Below are positions 51,385 to 64,000 of a DNA stretch of 64,000 bases, one piece after another. The DNA is from Octopus vulgaris. Lineage: Eukaryota. The position numbers and the translations under genes were made by a program. The stretch lies in contig OX597821.1 in the NCBI GenBank assembly GCA_951406725.2, forward strand, positions 56,234,001 through 56,298,000. The letters are read 5' to 3'. The notes under the pieces were generated by a model. The model ran no database searches and had not been told where the DNA came from. It worked only from the letters and a program-made list of their open reading frames with translations. Each line of letters starts with the position of its first letter. Position 1 is the stretch's first letter.

Positions 51385-52380
51385 TAATGTTAGAGCCTAT
51401 CTCAATACAAAATGGAGTGAAACGGAGCGGGGGGGGGGATATTCGGGCACTGACCCTACTTGCCATATATTTTGCGATGATTTTCTGTATTGCGTTCAGA
51501 AATTGCAGGTATGATGTTTACATCCATTATCGAACCTCTGGCAGCATATTTAATATCAGGCGCTTTGCTGCAAAAACAAAGAGACCTTTTGTATGCAGAT
51601 GATTGTGATCTAGTAGCGCACATAGAGATTGATATGCAACACATTTTGAATGCATTCTCCGATGCTTGCGCTGCCTTAGGTTTGGCAGTCAGTCTCAAGA
51701 AAACTGTACCAACCTGCCCCTGGTAAGTAGTATCGTGAACCAAATATCTATGTGTATGGTAAACGACTTGGTGTAGTTGACCAGTTTGTCTACCTGGGAA
51801 GCACTGTTAATAGATATAGCAATTTGGATGATGAAATTCCATACAGAATTAGGAAAGCAAGTGATGCTTTCGAAAGGCTAGAAATGTGTCTCTGGAGTTG
51901 GCGAGACATATGCAGGAAGACAAAGATAAAGGTGTACAAGGCGTGTGTGCTCTCTTCTCTTCTTTATGCCTGCGAGACGAGGGTCACATATCGATGCCAA
52001 CTTAAACAACTGGAATATTTCCATCAGATGTGTCTCAGACGGATCTATGGTATTAAGTGGAAGGACCGCATCAGTGATCTTGAAACATTGGAAGGCTCTC
52101 GGTGTGAAATTATAGAAGCTTTTGTGTTGAAGCAAAGGCTCGGATGGAGTGGTCATCTGGTCATGATGAAAGATTCAAAGGATGCCAAAACAACTCTTTT
52201 ATGGGGAGTTAGCTAAAGGAGAACGACCTCCACATAAACCAAAAAATAGGTATAAAGGCTTACTTAAGAGATGCTAGCATATCTCCTGACACATGGGTGG
52301 GCTTAGCTATTGACCGTAGCAGGTGGAGAAGGATTGTATATGAGGGGACAGCTACTTTTGAGAAATCTCTAGTTGCGCAT
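51385..52380 (+). mobile_element. RTE (BovB-like) LINE RT fragment
   Basis: IQNGVKR, LLYADDCDLV, FVYLGSTV, KIKVYKACVLSSLLYACET and RLGWSGHLVMM; frameshifted. Confidence 0.9.
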
Positions 52381-52859
52381 GTATGTATGCATATATGTAA
52401 GTATGGTATGAATGTTTGCAAATATGTAAGTATATATAACCTCTAAACTATATTAAGTGTTCCATCTATGTTAAATATGTCAAGTCTCTATCTCGCCCGT
52501 TCTGAAAGTGAAGTAAAAACATAAACATACGCAAAATTTGTGAATAAATGTTTTGAAAGGTGATATAGTTACTACCCGTCAGCTAGGAATGAAAATGAAG
52601 TCTGAGTGTTAGTGCGGACAAAAGAGTAACGCCAAAAGGTATTAACTATACGTTAAATTAATTATGACAGTTACAATGAAGCCGCTTATAGTGTAGGCAG
52701 ATAAATATAAACACTTTAGTATCTTACAGAGGAAATATATGGTTTTAAAAAGTATACAATTATGGATACACAGACAGTCGCACACACATATTATATGTAT
52801 GTATGCATGTATGTATGTATGAATGTATGTATGTATGTATGTATATGTATGTATGTATG

Positions 52860-52909
<50 letters not shown>

Positions 52910-53299
52910 TAATTGTATGTATATATGTACATTACGTATGTTTACAACACACATATACAAAACACGTATATATGTGTGCATACACGTACAGAAACCCACA
53001 CATATATGCGTATATGTGTGTCTATGCATACATACACATGTACGTTTACTTGTGTTTGTGACCATCATAGATTGTGCGCGAGTTGGATGTGTATTTGCAA
53101 GTATTCATTATCGTTAATTGTCTTGAATGAATGAGCTCCTATTTGACGACGGTAATTTATATCTCCACTATTCTACATAGATAATCTCCATCCTCAGCCC
53201 TATTTTATCTCTCCGTATCCCTCTTAATCTTTAAGTCTTTCCCTTTTTTCTCTTTGGTTATCTCTCTCACCTTTTAAATGTTATCTTACACCATGCTAT

Positions 53300-53500
53300 T
53301 TATAAGAAATAATTTATTGTGGAACCTGTCTGTTTATATCAGTGAATGGCAGAAGATTTGCAAATCCAACGAGGGCCTCAAAAGACATGTTCAGATCCAC
53401 AAAGAGCAGACCTTATCTGCGGGTATTGGTTGTCTAAATCAGAGGTGCAATCTATGTGTGTAGGAGGTGGTCAAACTCTATACAAGGAGTAGAAACCAGG
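53300..53500 (+). mobile_element. RTE LINE extreme 3' end (C-terminal zinc-finger remnant)
   Basis: KICKSNEGLKRHVQIH half C2H2 motif followed by a short UTR and microsatellite tail; plausibly the displaced end of the 51385 element. Confidence 0.5.
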
Positions 53501-54005
53501 ATATATATATATAGATAGATAGATAGATAGATAGATAGACACAGAGAGAGAGAGAGAGTGAGAGAGAGATATTCATACATACATAAAGACATTACATATA
53601 TACATATGTATATGCATGTCTGTGTGTTTATATTGTGTGTGTTTCATAAGGCTTTAAGAGTGTTTAACTCATTTCTTGCAATATAGGTGAATTGTTACCC
53701 TCAATCACAAGTAGTGATGATAACATTTTATATTCATACATCTGATATATAACGGGGTTAGTATGGTTTCTCGAATTGTTAAAACCTGTATCGTGTATTC
53801 TTATCATAATTGTCTCTGGAAAATTTTAGAATGTAATAATCTTAAATACTGCTATTGACATTTATAAGAGAAATCGATGAATTTCATTTCTAATCATTTT
53901 AATCTATCGAAACACCGGCATATGTACATCTGTAGATATACAAAATTATCTATATCATCTGTCCATCTCCACCAGCGCGCGCGTACTTACACAAACACAC
54001 ACACG

Positions 54006-54056
<51 letters not shown>

Positions 54057-54756
54057 ACACACACGCACACACATGCATACACATGCACACAAACACATAA
54101 TACATAATTGAGACACAGTCCCACATCGTGGCAGCAAGGGCAAGTGTCTTCTGCTATCGCCTTAGTCTGATCAAAACCTTGTGAATGGTCGTGTTAGACG
54201 GTAACTGAAAGATCCTTATCCTCTGTGTGTGCGTGACAGAGAGAGAGAGAGAATGAGTGAGTGAGTGAATTTGTATGTGCGTGTATATGTGCATGTGTGT
54301 TTCTGCATATACAAGCAGAATTGTACACACACACACACACACACACATACACACACATACACACACATTTACAAACACACAAGCATATATCAGAAAATAT
54401 AATAATTAAACATATCTAAATATATACATGCAAAAATATGTATCCCTCTGTACCTGCACAGAGAAAGACAAAGAGAATTAGGGAACGAAAAGAGAACAAT
54501 AGAGAGAGACCGGGGGGAAATGACATCCTTTAGTGTTTACAAAACTAAAACATTATAACTACTACTCAGTGTCTCACCTATAAGATGGCCAGATTCTTCG
54601 TATGGATTATGAAAGAGTAGTATGGTTCTTAGAGAACATTTGGCTTCATACATGCAAATGTGAAATGATAAAGATTTAAGTAGTTAAGAATTGTAACTAT
54701 GACTGCATCATTGCTATAACTACACACACAAACACACATATACATTTATATATATG

Positions 54757-54813
<57 letters not shown>

Positions 54814-54814
54814 G

Positions 54815-54975
54815 GCATAGAGTGGCTGTAGGTAAGAAGCTTGCTTTCCAACCGAAAGTTTCTATAACCTCGGGCCGATCAAACCTTGTGAGTGGATTTG
54901 GTAGGCGGCAACTGAAAGAAGCTCGTCGTGTGTGTATTGGTAGGCGGCAACTGAAAGAAGCTCGTCGTGTGTGTA

Positions 54976-55023
<48 letters not shown>

Positions 55024-55060
55024 ACGAGCTTCTTTCAGTTGCCGCCTACCAAATCCACTC
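54815..55060. mobile_element. SINE family B fragment with internal 39-bp tandem duplication and an inverted copy
   Basis: ttggtaggcggcaactgaaagaagctcgtcgtgtgtgta at 54898-54936 and 54937-54975; reverse complement at ~55013-55060. Confidence 0.85.
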
Positions 55061-55079
55061 TGTATATCTGTATGTGTGT

Positions 55080-55124
<45 letters not shown>

Positions 55125-55137
<13 letters not shown>

Positions 55138-56116
55138 AAATATGTGGATTCAGAGAACCGAGAGTCTATAACTGAAATTTCCTCCCAGGGATGCTGCTAT
55201 GAAATCGTATAGTAACCAGTTAAGCTTGAAAGTGTGACGCAGAATGCTCAAGTAACTGAAAATCTACAATAAACGATCAATGAAATTATTTCACGCGGAG
55301 TATACAAAACCATAAAATCAAAAGGTGTGAGAGCTAAATATATATTCATTTAATACCTCACTTCCCTAAGATTACGGTCCTTTCCCATCCTTTTTCGTGT
55401 AGTATTAATTTCTGTATGGAAAAATTAGCCTACATGTTTGAATTAATAAATGTCCTTCACATTATACAAAATAGTGTTGCTTTCACAAATTAATATAATA
55501 AAAAAAAAGCTCGTTCATCAGATCAACGGAACATCAGGATTACATCAATAATGCAACTCAAATATACATAGAAAAAATTTCCTCTTTAGATTTACAAAGT
55601 ATCGAAGGCCGAAACTGGACAAAATTAGTTAGAATTAATCAATAAAACTGAAAATACGTTGACTCATATAGATTAAGTTAAAGTGCATGAGAGAAATTTG
55701 GGAGGTTGACAATCTTTAACATAAAAAAACAAAAAAAAGATGAGAAAAATAAGAAGAGGAAGTGAAAATAAATTTTGAAATAAATGGCTTACAAATTATG
55801 TAAAGCGAATATGAAATTAAAAGCAAAAAATATAGCTGAATTTTTAGACAAAATTATTATACGGGTAAGTGGGAAAGAATTAGTTGGAGATTTTAAGGTC
55901 AACTAAACCAACAAATAATACTTAACTAGCGTAAACTTCAATATGGGGTTTACAAGGTCATAGAACTTCATAGAAAACTATTTGAAACCAAATTCCAAAC
56001 ACACCTTAAAAGCAGTTTCCAGCATGAACTGAGAAAAACAAAAACGAAACATACAGATACATAGAAGTACATCTACAAAAGTATGTATTATCTCTCTCGA
56101 TCCCTCTCTTTCTCAT

Positions 56117-56189
<73 letters not shown>

Positions 56190-56275
56190 AGTAAAATATG
56201 TGCATTCAGAGAACCTAGAGGCTATCACGGAAAGTTTCTCTCACGGGCGCGACTATGAAGTCGTAGTGTAATCGG
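55125..56275 (+). repeat. ~90-bp diverged direct repeat after (TG)n (55130-55220, 56188-56275)
   Basis: agtaaaatatgtg(g/c)attcagagaacc...tatgaa(a/g)tcgta. Confidence 0.7.
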
Positions 56276-56347
<72 letters not shown>

Positions 56348-56400
56348 TTATATGTATTTAAAAATGAGACGTGGAACACGAGTTGTGATATATAACACAG

Positions 56401-56684
56401 ACTAACTCACACGCATATACATACACACATAAATATATATATTAAATAAACTCTAAATTCTGTCTGTCAATCGGGGACGCCTATATCTCAGTCTACATTT
56501 TTTACAGAGACATAGATTACACCTTTTTGGAATCAGGAGGAAAAAAATGCTATCAGAAAGAAACTCTATCTCTCTTAAAAATATCTTTTGAAAGCATCAA
56601 ATGCGCAACCGGTAAAAAGTACTTTCACCTAATTAAATACACTCTCCCGTACTTAAATTATTTTGTCAGCATTTTCTTCATTTC

Positions 56685-56719
<35 letters not shown>

Positions 56720-56911
56720 TATGTATGTATGTATGTATGTATGTATGTATGTACACTTGCACAAAAACACACACACTAACTCACACGCATATACATACAC
56801 ACATAAATATATATATTAAATAAACTCTAAATTCTGTCTGTCAATCGGGGACGCCTATATCTCAGTCTACATTTGCTCTACATAGACATATTACACCTTT
56901 TTGAAATCAGG
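56401..56911 (+). repeat. ~140-bp direct duplication (56401-56540, 56775-56911)
   Basis: actaactcacacgcatatac...ctgtctgtcaatcggggacgcctatatctcagtctacatt is identical in both copies. Confidence 0.88.
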
Positions 56912-57289
56912 ATGATCCCGGAATTGAAAATCTGCCCTTCAGTTGGTTCTGGAACATCCAGAATGGGGATCATATCTGGGTGAGAATTTGTTATATGCTA
57001 ACAGTTGAAAATTCAAATTTTAAAAGAACTCCAAAAATTTGGAAACTTAGAAGTTTTTTTTAGACTATATTAAAGTAAAAGCAAAACGTTGGGAATTTAA
57101 AAAATATTTTCAATTCAGTTTATTTAAAACTAGATCCAAGTTAGAGTGAGAGGTATCGTACTCATGAGATTTCGAAGCTCCGCGAAGGTTGCGAATTGAA
57201 GCGTTCGGAATCTGACATAGAAAAGCTATATATAAAACGTATAGGAGTTGGTAGAGGGCTATTATAAAATAACCACCATAGGACTGCAA

Positions 57290-58799
57290 AAATATCTGCT
57301 TCAGAAGCAAGGAAAACTGATACAAATAACGGCAAAACACGAGCAGTACAAAAAACTCAGTATTTAAGGAAGCTGACAAATACAAACAAGAAATCATACT
57401 ACCTAACAAATATGATGAAGAAAAAGAAGAAACAACAAAAGGTATAACAAATGAAATCCAAGCAAAAACTAGAACAGCGACGGAATATGAGTGAAGTAAA
57501 GAATATAGATAGAAAAATACGCAAGCTGCTGAGTTGTAATAGGATGCACCACCCAAAGGCAGACGTAGATCGCCTTTACCTTCCCAGAGCACAAGGAGGT
57601 CGAGGCCTGATCCAATTTGAACTAGCTTACAAAACAACCACAATTGGACTGGCCAAATATCTCGAAATATCGAATGACTGGATGCTAAAGCTAGTGGAAA
57701 ATCACGAGAGACGAAAGAAGCTTCATTCTATCATAAAGGAAAGCAAAAAAAATTGCTATTGATCTCGTGCAGGATACCCAAACTGAACAACCCGAGGCAA
57801 GTACGGCAACTATTGTTGCAAAGAAGGTGAAAATGATGGCAATGAAAAAAGCGCACGAGCAATTGGCTGATAGGTGGGAGGAGAAACCTCTGCACGGCAA
57901 ATATGTGACCCGCAGCAAACAAGCTGATGTTGACCAGAAGCAAACCCATCAGTGGCTACGGAGCTCAGGGCTAAAAGCAGAGAGCGAAGGTTTCATCCTG
58001 GCTGCTCAAGATCAAAGCCTATTAACCCGGAACTACCAGGCCAATGTGATGAAAAATGGAGCAGACCCAAAATGCCGATTCTGCAACGACATGATTGAAA
58101 CAGTGGACCACCTAATCTCTGGATGTAAAGTCTTAGCACCAGTGGAGTATAAATTAAGACATGACAGAGTTGGCCAATATCTCCACTGGCTAATAAGTCG
58201 GCATTACAATATCAAAACTGCCGACAAGTGGTATAATCACTACCCTGAGGCTGTAACTGAAGGAGAAAATGTTACTATTCTGTGGGACTTTCCAGTACAT
58301 ACAGACCGAACCATCAAGGCCAATAAACCAGATATTGTTGTGAAAGACCAAAACAATAAAGTTTGCTTATTGATCGACATGAGCATCCCCTGTGATCATA
58401 ATATCTCAGCGAAAGAGTTTGACAAGCTCAGACCTACTCATTGAAATTGAGAAAATGTGGCATCTCAAGGCGGTTACAATACCAGTGATCGTAGGAGCAC
58501 TAGGAATGATCAAGAAGGGAACCGAAAATTATATGAGAATGATCCCTGGCTTACCATCCCTGCAAGAAGTGCAAAAGATTGTCTTAACTGGTACATCACA
58601 CGTATTGAGAAGAGCATTGTCGATGTGAGAACTGTTGCTGCTCATGTATTTTAATTTAACTTTAATAAAAAATAAAAAAATGAACGAACTACTGAGTTTG
58701 GTTTAATGGCCTACCAATGTATACTATGAGTTTCTTTGTCCTAGGAGTCGGGAAGACACTCGGCAAGAAATGGAAGCAAATTTGAAAGAAGAAAAAAAA

Positions 58800-58853
<54 letters not shown>
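57290..58853 (+). mobile_element. REL-endonuclease LINE (R4/Dong-like), 3' ~1.3 kb with (TAA)n tail; short related fragment at 57290-57480
   Basis: RLYLPRAQGGRGL, AAQDQSL, CRFC..ETVDHLISGC zinc knuckle, RHD, KPDIVV..LIDMSIP and VIVGALG. Only two frameshifts (~57750, ~58430). (TAA)n at 58801-58853. Confidence 0.93.
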
Positions 58854-58854
<1 letters not shown>

Positions 58855-58855
<1 letters not shown>

Positions 58856-59001
58856 CATCGAAAAATACCTTAGGAATGAGGACCGAGGTTCGAAATTTCC
58901 CCAAGACACCTGAAGTAGGTTGGAACGTATATCAGCCGAAACGTTGCGTTAACAAACAAGAAGAGGACAAATATCCGTCGAATGTAAATAATGTAAATAA
59001 T
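58855..59001 (+). repeat. Penelope-pLTR-like remnant with degenerate minimal hammerhead (58905-58950)
   Basis: acac-CTGAAGT-aggttgg..tcagcc-GAAACGTT-gcgt; the core A9 is mutated. Confidence 0.45.
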
Positions 59002-61779
59002 CTAAATATTTCATGGTGAATATTCAAATGAAGCTACTGACTTTCCCTTTTCCTTACTAATGTTATGGTTTTCTTTACATATGCAATTCCCGATCATAAA
59101 ACATATATCATACAATATATTCTACTAATTTGTTTGGTTTGCTGTCTAAACACCGAGTGGCTAATCATACAAGAAACTAAAACCTCATCGCGTTCGTTAT
59201 GGAGTAGTTTTTGGTATACTGTTTGGCTAGTGTTTTTTTTGGAGGGGGGGGGATATTTTACCAATCTACAGAAAGTTGTTTACTAAATTATCACCCTTTC
59301 TTTAAAAATTTATTCTGCAAATTTCTAACGAGTCTTCACATTGTCCTCGTTCATCTGCGGAAGATTATTGTTTTGTCTTTTTGAAAATATAAAATAACGT
59401 GCAATTTCTTATTCGACATAGGACGTTCTAGAAGAATTGGAATGTAAGTTAGTAAAAGTTTTCAGTACCTCAAATTTGAAATAGTGTAGTGCTAATAAGT
59501 ATCTGATCGAACTTTATTATTTGATTTTATGCAAAAGCAAATACATCGAAAATTGTTAATGCTGCAAATATTCATATTTGTAACATGTAAAATCATTTTT
59601 TCGGCGTTGATGTTATACTTAAGGAAATACATCATACGGAGAGACGTTATCATTGTAGCAAGTGTTCATGTTATTTACTATGTTCAACAACTATTTCCAA
59701 CTTTACAGTTTTCTTAACACATTATAGGTAAAAGTTTAAAAGTTATTTCTTCATGAAACAAGTATGTAAGTCCTTTAGTAATAAAAAAAAACTATTTGAA
59801 AAAAATTTTCTTTTCTCCCCCTACTATATGCATTTCTGTTTCTCATAACATGAATCTTCGGCAGTAGAGAACGATGTAGTAAGTATTAGTTTAAAAACTG
59901 TTGTTACACACTTTCGCAAAAAACAAAAGCCTCGCAGGTAAGCAACTGGAAGTAGAATCTTGTATTACACGCCAATTACCAAACATAGTATCTATAATCG
60001 ACTGTATGCTAAATTCAATTGACTGGAAATCGATATGATTTTAGCCGTTGTAACTGTAGTTAGCTAAATAGCAAAATAATCACAAAGGAATAAAATGACA
60101 ATTTTATTTAGCATACTCTTAAGGAAGAGTTGAAACACATTGGCTCGGCAGAAATTTAATGATTCATCACTCTTTTCAAAAAGAATATTTTTATGTTTAA
60201 AGGAGAAAAAAAGTATCGGCAAGAGGATTCTTCCAATGAAGCAAATCAATAGAAATAAAGTTCGAAAATGACAAAAGAAATTGTTCTATTGATATGAACA
60301 AAAATGATGAATGTATTTGTGGGGCATAATTATAGAGCTTTCAGAGGTTGCGACGAAGTGTGTAATAAGAAACATTTGTGAAAATTAAAGCATAGTAAAT
60401 AAATTCATAAGACATCTGGGAAAAATAAATAGTATTATGTAGGAGAAATCTTTATATAATGAAATTCTATAAGTTTAGTATTGTGAAAAGAAGAAATAAA
60501 TTATTAAATGCGGAATATAAACATTGAAGTAAAGGTGCATAAGATTTATAACATAGCTGAAATAAAAGAAGTTTTTACAAAAATAAAAATTCTTTCAGTA
60601 CGAAACAATTAGTAAATTGTATTCTATGTATATAATCAATGAAAATTCTTTTACGAAACAGCTGAATTTTTATGGATCAAATTCAAATTTTGTCATATAT
60701 TTTCAATTAATGGAATGCATTTCCGTGTAGTATTATTGCCCAAAATTTTATGAATTTTAGGAGAAAACATGTGAAATAAGAACAAAGATATTACCAAAAA
60801 TTATACTTGAATAAGTGGGAAGAAAATTGTATAAGAAGCAGGAAATAACGGTTTAATTGAATTATAATTCCAGGATTAAGAAATATTTCTTGCTTACGAC
60901 TGTTATACAGACTACTGCTATATTAAGAAAGATGTATATGTGAAGAAGTATACTATCTACCCTACTACTTATGTATCAAATATTTGAGCAATATTTATAT
61001 TATTTGTGATACAAATATGATTGCTTTGTATAGTTTTTAGTCTTTAAGTCTAAAATTCGAACTTAGCAGATTAGTTGCAGTTTAATACCTTGATTCCATT
61101 GCGACATTGTAGTGTTACGAAAGACATACAAGTAAATTTTAATAATACAAAAACAGCATATGATTCAGTACCATAAAGATTTCTAGAGATTATTTAAAAT
61201 ATTTAAATCGAAATTAAATCGATGGTTTCGAATTTAAATTAATACGTTTCTACACCGAAGACTTCACAAAAACATCGTTATCATTAGGTTTCATTTGTAT
61301 TTTGCATGTGAAGAAAAATAAATAATGGGAAACTCTTTGCTCTCATTACCTTTGCAATGTTTCATATTTATAAACACACTGATTTCGAACGCAAACAATG
61401 TCCATGAGTACTAAGAAACTCTCACACTGCTTTAGTTAAAAAAAAACAAAAACTGATGACCAGAATATAAGGTTCCACCAAAAAGAAAGTAATTAAAAAT
61501 GGCGAAAAGAAAACGATTACATAGTACTCAGTCTAAGAAGTCTTAGATGCTCTGTGGAATCATTATTACCGTTACTTCGCTTGTAATAGGTACGTGATTA
61601 GTGTCTCGTCACTGGCCTTATTTTAAAAGTCATTAACTATAAGAACATGGTGTGAGCTTGCCGATTATTTGATTGTATCTGTTTAAAATTTCCATTGCAA
61701 TTCTTTTCCTTTAAGGAAGAGACGTCCTTCAAATACACATTGATAAAGATATTTGTTTATTTATTTATTTAATCTATGT

Positions 61780-62757
61780 ATAATTCTAAAACCATAAGAA
61801 AATGTATGAATACCGCAATAGCTAGCCAATTTAATTTCTCTAAAATCAAAGTCTTATCAATTTATAGTCAGCAATGCAAACACGATCCACGATTATCGAC
61901 TCGTAGAGCAGCTAGTATGTTAGAAATTCCATATGCATCAGTCAACAGAATCCTACGAAGTGATGTGATCAAAAAAGATCATCATATTAAAGGTTTTCAC
62001 AACTTACAAATATCTAACCAGATCAGCGATATGTGCTGAGCTTCAAACTGAAAGTGGCAAGTTAATCAACGAAACTCTGTTCAGTGATGAAGCGAACTTC
62101 CAAACACTTGAAAAGGTTAGTCGTGATAATTATTGCATTTGGGTTAGTGAGAGGCCAACTGAATTTCTTGAATGGGAACGAAATACACCGAAAGTGAATG
62201 TTTGGCTTATTATGACTAAGTCAAATGTGTATGGATTTTTCTTCTTCGCAGAAACTACGGTCCGAGGAAAAGTATATCTTGATATGCTTGAACAATTTCT
62301 TGAGCTTCAAATTCTCATAGATGGCATTCTTGACACGGTAGTTTCTTAAAATATTGAAGCGCCGTGCCATTATACAAAAATCGTACGTAACTGTCCTGGC
62401 ACTCGCTTCCCTCCTAGTTGTATTTGTCGTGGAGAAATGTAACCGTGGATAGCACACTCACCCAATTTAACACCATTAGATTTGTTTTTTCGCTTGGGGG
62501 TTCGTTAAGTCAGTGGAATACACAAATAAAATTGGAGATGTAGCAGCATTTTGAAATTTTATTGATGATGCAGTTCCAAACATCGCATCCCAAATACTGG
62601 AAAGTGTGTTCCAGGAAGCTATTTATCACCTTGAGATCTGTAGTAACACTGATAATCACTTGTGGAGCACTAATTCTTTGCAGCATATACTTTGAAATAA
62701 ATTTACTATTCAAATTTAAATCAGTTTTTCATTACCCCAATTTTGAGACACCGTGTT
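61780..62757 (+). mobile_element. Second DD41D-like Tc1/mariner remnant, heavily decayed
   Basis: DPRLSTRRAASMLEIPYASVNRILR, LFSDEANF, ERNTPKVNVW and HSPNLTPLD; right TIR-like aattttgagacaccgtg. Confidence 0.75.
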
Positions 62758-62859
62758 AATAATAAAAGTAAAATAATGAGAATAAAATTCAGCAGCCGTC
62801 GATAATTATTTATAAATACCAACTAATTCTAATGAGTTGTAATATTTTTAAAATGTTTT

Positions 62860-62995
62860 TCAAATTCCGAAAGATCGACTTTGATTTCATCCTTTCGGGA
62901 ACGATAAAATACGTACCAGTTGAACACTGGGATCGATGTAATCAACGAGCCCCACCCGGAAATTGCTGGCATTGTGCGAGAACTTAAAAATCAAT
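62860..62995 (+). mobile_element. SINE family A fragment
   Basis: tcaaattcc...gactttgatttcatcctttcggga..gataaaatacgtaccagttgaacactgggatcgatgtaatc. Confidence 0.7.
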
Positions 62996-64000
62996 ATTTT
63001 TGCAATCGAGCAAATTCTTAAACTGAAATAAGAACTTCGGCTAAGCAACTTGTGGGATGTTCAGCTGCAATTCAAAGGTTACTTCGATAAAACGCATAAT
63101 TGTTTATAAAGATATTATACATATGTCGTTCTTTCTTTCGACTGTACTTAAATGAAGAGGAATAAGTAAGAACTTGTATTGTTTACAACGCCATGACACA
63201 TGTAATGGACATGAGAAATCTTCAGCTAGGAAAATGTGATTAATTGTTCAGGGAAGCACCGTCGCCTACTCTTGAAGAGCAGAAAGAAAATTTATTTCTA
63301 GAAAATTGGGTATATCACAAGTACATAAAATTTATTTTTAAAACGTCAGTTGTATACAGTTTTCTTCATAAGAAAATGATTAGAAAAAATAGATATAATT
63401 ATCGTTATTACGCGTTGTTTTTTTTTCTGCTTCATTGCTTTTCATACATAAAAATATTTCATATGTATAAAAATGCTTCAACGAGCATCAATTTGTAGAA
63501 TGGTTTTGACACCTAATATTGATCTCTATCAAATTGTTTTGTAAAATGAAATGAACATTGCTCCTGGTTTCTAGAGATGAAATTTTGAGAACATCCGATG
63601 TGAAATATTATTACTGGAAACATATTAAGATTGGTGACAGTTTGCAGATTTATAGGAAATTGATTTTTCTTCAAAACCTATATCTTATTTATATAAATCA
63701 TGAGGGAATGATAGCTGCAAAATGGTGAGCAATTTCATAAAAGTTTCAATTAATATTTGTATTCGGAATATTTCCATCACATATAGATGAAAATGCCTTA
63801 GATGAGAGATAAGTTTTAATTTTCTTCCATAAAATGACTCTCTTGACATTATTTAAACATATAAAATGAATTTTAACTAAACGTCTTTGCTGGAACATGC
63901 TATTTTCTTTTTCTATGGTTTCAGTCATTGTAGAGCAGCAACATGGGGGCACCATCCTTGGGTAACTGTAGTTGCAGAGTTGAAACATTTTCATTTGCGG

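Noticed and set aside
59930-59945. Strong plus-strand donor CAG|gtaagc
   Set aside because: No associated coding exon or partner acceptor identified; an antisense transcript cannot be supported from sequence alone.
60898-60975. Hydrophobic frame SILLHIYIFLNIAVVCITV ending at a gtaagc donor in phase 0, a candidate signal-peptide exon for the GPCR
   Set aside because: No in-frame ATG after the upstream TGA and no good acceptor; the true first exon remains unidentified.

Overview
AT-rich, microsatellite- and transposon-dense animal genomic DNA. The SINE families, very long (TA)n/(CA)n/(CATA)n/(TAGA)n tracts and ~10 kb introns look like a coleoid cephalopod, probably Octopus (inference). The only host gene I can support is a minus-strand class B1 (secretin/calcitonin-receptor-like) GPCR. 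Five exons were reconstructed by hand with canonical AG/GT sites and matching phases (49255-48856, 38861-38752, 29206-29115, 17025-16878, 15546-15396). They give ~300 aa, from the end of the signal peptide through a Cys-extended hormone-receptor domain to the start of TM4. The first exon and TM5-7 exons were not found and probably lie outside the window. The introns hold decayed LINEs (RTE, REL/R4-Dong-like, Tx1/L1, CR1), Tc1/mariner and pogo remnants, three tRNA-derived SINE families and non-autonomous Helitron-like elements. Points of most interest: a near-canonical type I hammerhead ribozyme in sense orientation in a GPCR intron, several degenerate Penelope-type hammerhead motifs, many long foldbacks (nested antisense SINE, head-to-head Helitrons), a SINE-derived candidate alternative signal-peptide exon, and a 91-bp direct repeat bracketing one exon. 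Nearly all ORFs in the supplied track are microsatellite artefacts.
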